A stretch of DNA of 64,000 nt from a virus. The translations under genes were made by a program, and so were the position numbers. The stretch spans positions 40,086 through 104,085 of IMG/VR virus record IMGVR_UViG_3300032397_000006; one strand, written 5' to 3'. Below the pieces are notes generated by a model that was given only the letters and a program-made list of their open reading frames with translations, was not told the DNA's origin and ran no database searches. Shown here piece after piece: positions 62,805 to 64,000 of this stretch. Each line of letters begins with the position of its first letter. The first letter of the stretch is position 1.

Positions 62805-64000
62805 TTAGCCCCCTGATGCTCGGCCTAACGGTAGCACTACCGTTAGACCTTCCCCGCCACCGCGAATCAATGGCGTGATTTCCTGCGTAAGCGTGTCGCC
62901 GTCGAGCACGAGACGCGACGACAAGATGCGCTCTATTCGATCGTCCGACAAGATCGAGCTACGCATGGACGTAGCAGCGAGCAGCACGTTTTGCAGAGTG
63001 CCTTTGCTCCCCACTGGTAAATTCAAACCCACGGACGGGACGTGCTGCGTTTCGCCTTGCTCTGTGTGCAGAATAATTTCGAGCCCGTTGGTAATGTTTG
63101 GGATCCCCGTTGCGTACTCGGCATCATCGTTGCCGTGCGACGCGTCGATCTTGAAATCTAATTTGCCTAGCGCGAGCTCTGTCTGATCTAGCGCAAAATC
63201 CATCCCATAAAGCGTCTGCTCGACGTCACGATAACTTGCTGTCGCTGTATCAGACACCGGAACACCGGAGGTCTGCGCAACGGGAATCAATATGTAGTCG
63301 CCTGGTTTCAGGGTGCCTAACCCGCCGCCCGGCGTGAAGTAGGGAGGCCTCAAATTATTGACGACAACGATCAATTCGCGGGACACGTTATAAAGTGAGG
63401 AAAGCGTGGAAAGCGTGGATGTCGCTGTGACCTGCACTCGTCGCAGCGCTTGGTATTCACCGAAGCTCGTACCCGCTTCGCTCTCTGCCCCCTTCGCTAC
63501 GCGCGCGGAGCTGTTCGCGGTAGCCCCCGCGCTATTCGTAAGCAGATCGTTTTCGGTCAACGCCCGCTCGCCTAGGTAGCTGCGCTCCGTCCGCTGCAGC
63601 ACTTCCTGTGAGGACTCCCGAAATTTCTGCACTCGCGAAATGATCCGGTCAAGGCAGCGCTCTAATGCTGCCAGCCAACGAGCGGCATTTGTATCGATCG
63701 CCTTGTAGCCGGTTGGCGTTGTGAATGTCGCTTGTGTCGTGTCTGCTAGCTGCAGCCCTGCGGTGCGTACCGCATCCGCGCTCGAGAGCGCGAGCTTGCG
63801 CGGGTAGTCGATCACCAGGTCCCGGCTGCTCGCGATGGAAACACCCACCTGCGTAAGAAAGCCCGAAACTCCGATCATTACCGCGTCGATATTCGCGACC
63901 TTACTGCGAATCTGCGCGATCACGGTATTGATGTCGTTCACGATCGACGTGGCTTCTGCCAAGGCCTGATTAATCACCTTGAAAACATCGTCCAGCGTAA
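62805..64000 (-). CDS. Baseplate protein with LysM-like and gp25/gp46-like domains (5'-truncated)
   Basis: TLSTLS..Y......VNNL..P...LKPGDYILIP; L.TEQGE..H.P.VG; DDRIERI. Confidence 0.7.
   Translation of the reverse strand, partial: TLDDVFKVINQALAEATSIVNDINTVIAQIRSKVANIDAVMIGVSGFLTQVGVSIASSRDLVIDYPRKLALSSADAVRTAGLQLADTTQATFTTPTGYKAIDTNAARWLAALERCLDRIISRVQKFRESSQEVLQRTERSYLGERALTENDLLTNSAGATANSSARVAKGAESEAGTSFGEYQALRRVQVTATSTLSTLSSLYNVSRELIVVVNNLRPPYFTPGGGLGTLKPGDYILIPVAQTSGVPVSDTATASYRDVEQTLYGMDFALDQTELALGKLDFKIDASHGNDDAEYATGIPNITNGLEIILHTEQGETQHVPSVGLNLPVGSKGTLQNVLLAATSMRSSILSDDRIERILSSRLVLDGDTLTQEITPLIRGGGEGLTVVLPLGRASGG

Noticed and set aside
2205-63186. Numerous plus-strand ORFs antisense to large genes
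   Set aside because: They are GC-rich shadow ORFs with no motifs, and they overlap well-supported minus-strand genes.

Overview
This window is a 64 kb segment of a large tailed dsDNA phage (or prophage) genome, probably a myovirus given the baseplate J and wedge genes. GC is roughly 60% by eye, and almost all real genes lie on the minus strand. From the right end, in transcription order: (i) baseplate and tail-fibre genes (55.6-64 kb); (ii) small genes, many preceded by a repeated promoter/operator/RBS element (50.2-55.5 kb, plus a second cluster at 22.7-24.5 kb); (iii) a strongly self-complementary non-coding region (49.0-49.3 kb) upstream of a replication/recombination operon (SF2 helicase, DnaB, primase, PolA, UvsY-like, gp32-like SSB, intein-containing RecA, SbcD-SbcC fusion, RuvC); (iv) terminase large subunit, methyltransferases, MazG and an AT-hook protein; (v) an accessory block with a Tad1-like anti-defence sponge, paralogues and an ECF sigma factor; (vi) giant modular proteins at 1-12.75 kb. 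The most striking system is a ~25-30 aa motif (K[AS]..KGEE.PGHKY..R.PDGKGGW.Y.Y) found 13 times in 5 proteins. Copies head unrelated cargo segments (kinase-like x2, ADP-ribosyltransferase-like, zeta-toxin-like x2, DarA_C, InPase, DUF3293, DUF5661), often bounded by K-S/K-A junctions. I infer a capsid-targeted, protease-processed polyprotein delivery system for injected effectors. All family assignments come from motif recognition by eye, not database searches.
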